DNA of 64,000 nucleotides from Watersipora subatra (Eukaryota): NCBI RefSeq assembly GCF_963576615.1, contig NC_088708.1, positions 42,861,115 to 42,925,114 of the forward strand, read 5' to 3'. Shown piece by piece: positions 62,070 to 64,000 of this stretch (position 1 is its first letter; each line of letters starts with the position of its first letter). The notes under the pieces were generated by a model. It saw only the letters and a program-made list of their open reading frames with translations, ran no database searches and was not told where the DNA came from. The position numbers and the translations under genes were made by a program.

Positions 62070-62150
62070 AGGCCTAGCCATGACCGAGTGGTCTGGAACA
62101 CCTGACCTACAAACAACAGTTGGGGGTTCAATTCCCAAAAAAAGGCTGTT
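62070..62150 (+). mobile_element. tRNA-Ser-like module, probably a SINE head
   Basis: GACCGAGTGGTCTGGAAC is D-arm-like and GGGGGTTCAATTCCC is T-arm-like. No convincing acceptor stem was found. Confidence 0.3.
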
Positions 62151-63263
62151 GGTGGTGACAGGAACAACTTCCAACCTTAAACTGCTCTCAGCAACTAGGC
62201 ATGTCTCCAGACATTGAGGATCCCTTGCCACTTGACTCAGACATGTCCAGCCAAGATCACAGAGCCATTGCTTGTCCAATAATGCTCTTTAAAACATGCT
62301 TTCTCTGCTTGCAGTAAGTTAATCAGATATCATAATCGATCTCCAAGGAATTGCTCAGACACTTAATCAATTTAAAAGCATTTTGATAGCCAGTCTATTT
62401 GGGATATGCTAGGCTATAAAAGGACAATATAAAGTTTGGTAACTATGTTAGCATCAGAACGTGGTAAGTGCCATCGACAATTTCAGAGAAAACATCACTA
62501 CCCTGCGTATCATAGTTCAAAATCTAATGTGTTACAATATTTGTTTACTAATAAATACAACTATTTTTCAATCGGAAATAACGGTAAAAAGTGATTTGTT
62601 AATAGTCTGGCAAATAATTTTTCACTTGAACTTACAATCTCACATTTCATATCTATAACTACAAACTCCTATAAGCTCGTAGGTCTCCTGTTATGGTAGC
62701 TTCCCCAATTCAGATTTCTACGGAGAATTTTTTGATCTCAAGCATACATAAGGAGCTACGTGATGGACTGTCAGCACCTTGCTGTGTCCTTAGTTAGCCA
62801 CGCTGCTGAGAAGTGTACAGCTGAGTTTGGGAGTTTCTTAGTTGATGTATACGTTGGCAATTCTAAGGCTGACCCTGCATGTGCTGATAGGATGTTTCCT
62901 GTATCTTGCACCAGATGTTAGTTCACATACTGTTTGTTAGCCATTGGATTACAGTTTCAATTTATCATCAACATAACTTGTGCTAAACAATAAAAAAATA
63001 TTTTTTAATTTGTCCAAAACATTTGTCAGAGCAGGAAATTTTATGCGCTTTAGGAAATTGTGTAAAAAGTTGCAATCACGCAATCGAAGAGTCTAAGAAT
63101 TTCCTAGAACTAGGATTACCGATAAAATAAATAATTTAGGATCTAAGGCTATTTGAAAACATGCATTTTTTCTCACGAGCTATCAGTCCTATAATTGAGC
63201 AGCACTTTTTATCTAAACACAGAGGTATCTGCTAGCGCTGTCTCAACTCTCACTGGCTTCGAC

Positions 63264-63308
63264 ATGAAATCTTTAGTGATTCTCTCTGTAGCAATCTACA
63301 CAGCTTCG
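63264..63308 (+). CDS. Exon 1 of a secreted cysteine-rich protein gene, with the start codon and signal peptide
   Basis: MKSLVILSVAIYTAS is hydrophobic and signal-peptide-like. A GTAAGT donor lies at 63309. Confidence 0.55.
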
Positions 63309-63633
63309 GTAAGTGTGGCAGCGAACGACCCAGTCATTGGTTTGCTCTGTTGTTGGGTTTTTGGTTTTATTCATTAAATATACTCTGCTTAGTTCTTAGT
63401 CTATACAAAAATTTTACTGCTAGAACCCTGTTCTTAGTTCAAGTTTTCAAAGTGTCGCAACTATCCATTTTTATATCTTGAGAAAATATTTTGCTTTGTG
63501 CATCTTTTTTAGGGAAGTATTGCAATTTACTGGGTCAGCATTATAGTTAGGACTAAAATAAGGCATGTTTATAAATCACAAATAGGGCTGGATTTGGTCA
63601 TTGCCTTTCTCGGTATTTTAATTTTTTTTGCAG

Positions 63634-63795
63634 GCGCAATTTGGCTTGTTCCCATTTGGTTCTTCACCATACACCAACGCGACTAGCTGCCACACTGCAG
63701 CTGACTGTCTGCCGGAAGAGTGCTGCCTTCACAACCTTTTTGGCAAAAGATTTCTCCTTGATGACTTCTTCGGTGGATCTGGAAGCCTATCGTAT
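63634..63795 (+). CDS. Exon 2 of the same gene, a Cys-rich domain with prokineticin/colipase-type spacing. The 3' boundary is uncertain.
   Basis: The acceptor TTTTTTTTGCAG ends at 63633. The translation is AQFGLFPFGSSPYTNATSCHTAADCLPEECCLHNLFGKRFLLDDFFGGSGSLS(Y). The pattern C-x5-C-x4-CC is as in prokineticin/AVIT, astakine and colipase-fold proteins. Further Cys-containing coding sequence, ...GRCSDKKAEGEMCIPFGQ, begins near 63919 and runs off the window. Confidence 0.4.
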
Positions 63796-64000
63796 GTAGT
63801 AATAACAAGACTCGTTGGTTTTCCTTTATGTTCAAATGAAGGCATTTATTTTACTCAAGGCTGTCCTGTTTTGTACTTACGTCTACCTACGATTTAAATC
63901 TTAAATCTTCACTCATTAGTCAAGTGCCTATGATATTGGTAGACATGGCAGATGCAGTGACAAGAAGGCAGAGGGTGAGATGTGCATTCCATTTGGACAA

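Overview
Overall picture. This is a metazoan (probably invertebrate) nuclear locus. It is AT-rich, with roughly 35-37% GC by eye, has canonical GT-AG introns, and is heavily loaded with transposons. All coordinates were derived by hand from the printed sequence and checked against the ORF-track frames wherever possible. Those not anchored that way may be off by 1-3 bp.

Host genes. Two conserved host genes lie tail-to-tail. Major vault protein (MVP) is on the plus strand, 13 coding exons at 28401..37463 encoding 861 aa. Beta-ureidopropionase (UPB1) is on the minus strand, 11 coding exons at 37688..51853 encoding 386 aa. Their stop codons are about 225 bp apart. The 5' end of a third gene starts at 63264 and runs off the window. 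It encodes a small secreted cysteine-rich protein with prokineticin/colipase-type cysteine spacing.

Transposon pile-up at 300..14955, in order:
- A decayed piggyBac transposase.
- A LINE reverse-transcriptase fragment.
- A roughly 3 kb pogo/Tigger-like DNA transposon. It has a real intron, an inactivating 8-bp tandem duplication, and an unusual C-terminal barrel-like domain.
- A small MITE of the same pogo family, split by a very young and apparently intact Ty3/gypsy element. The gypsy element has 187-bp LTRs that differ at one position, a 5-bp target-site duplication ATCAG, and a single 1327-aa gag-pol ORF.
- A second LINE fragment with a (GATA)n tail.

Other mobile elements.
- 17711..20295: a structurally complete hAT transposon with 14-bp terminal inverted repeats and a perfect 8-bp target-site duplication ATCTAGCG. 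Its transposase gene has three exons and carries a single in-frame TAG. It sits inside a degenerate gag-like remnant on the minus strand.
- A degenerate Ty1/copia element on the minus strand at about 52662..57229.
- tRNA-like SINE modules at several places.

Repeats and foldbacks.
- The UPB1 introns hold a 20-bp minisatellite of about 68 copies with higher-order structure at 43005..44352, and a 26-bp satellite at 48526..49403.
- Two large foldback structures lie at about 57600..58385 and 60503..61172. The second is inserted in a CTGCAGAGGCC-type minisatellite.

No CRISPR arrays or prokaryotic features are present.
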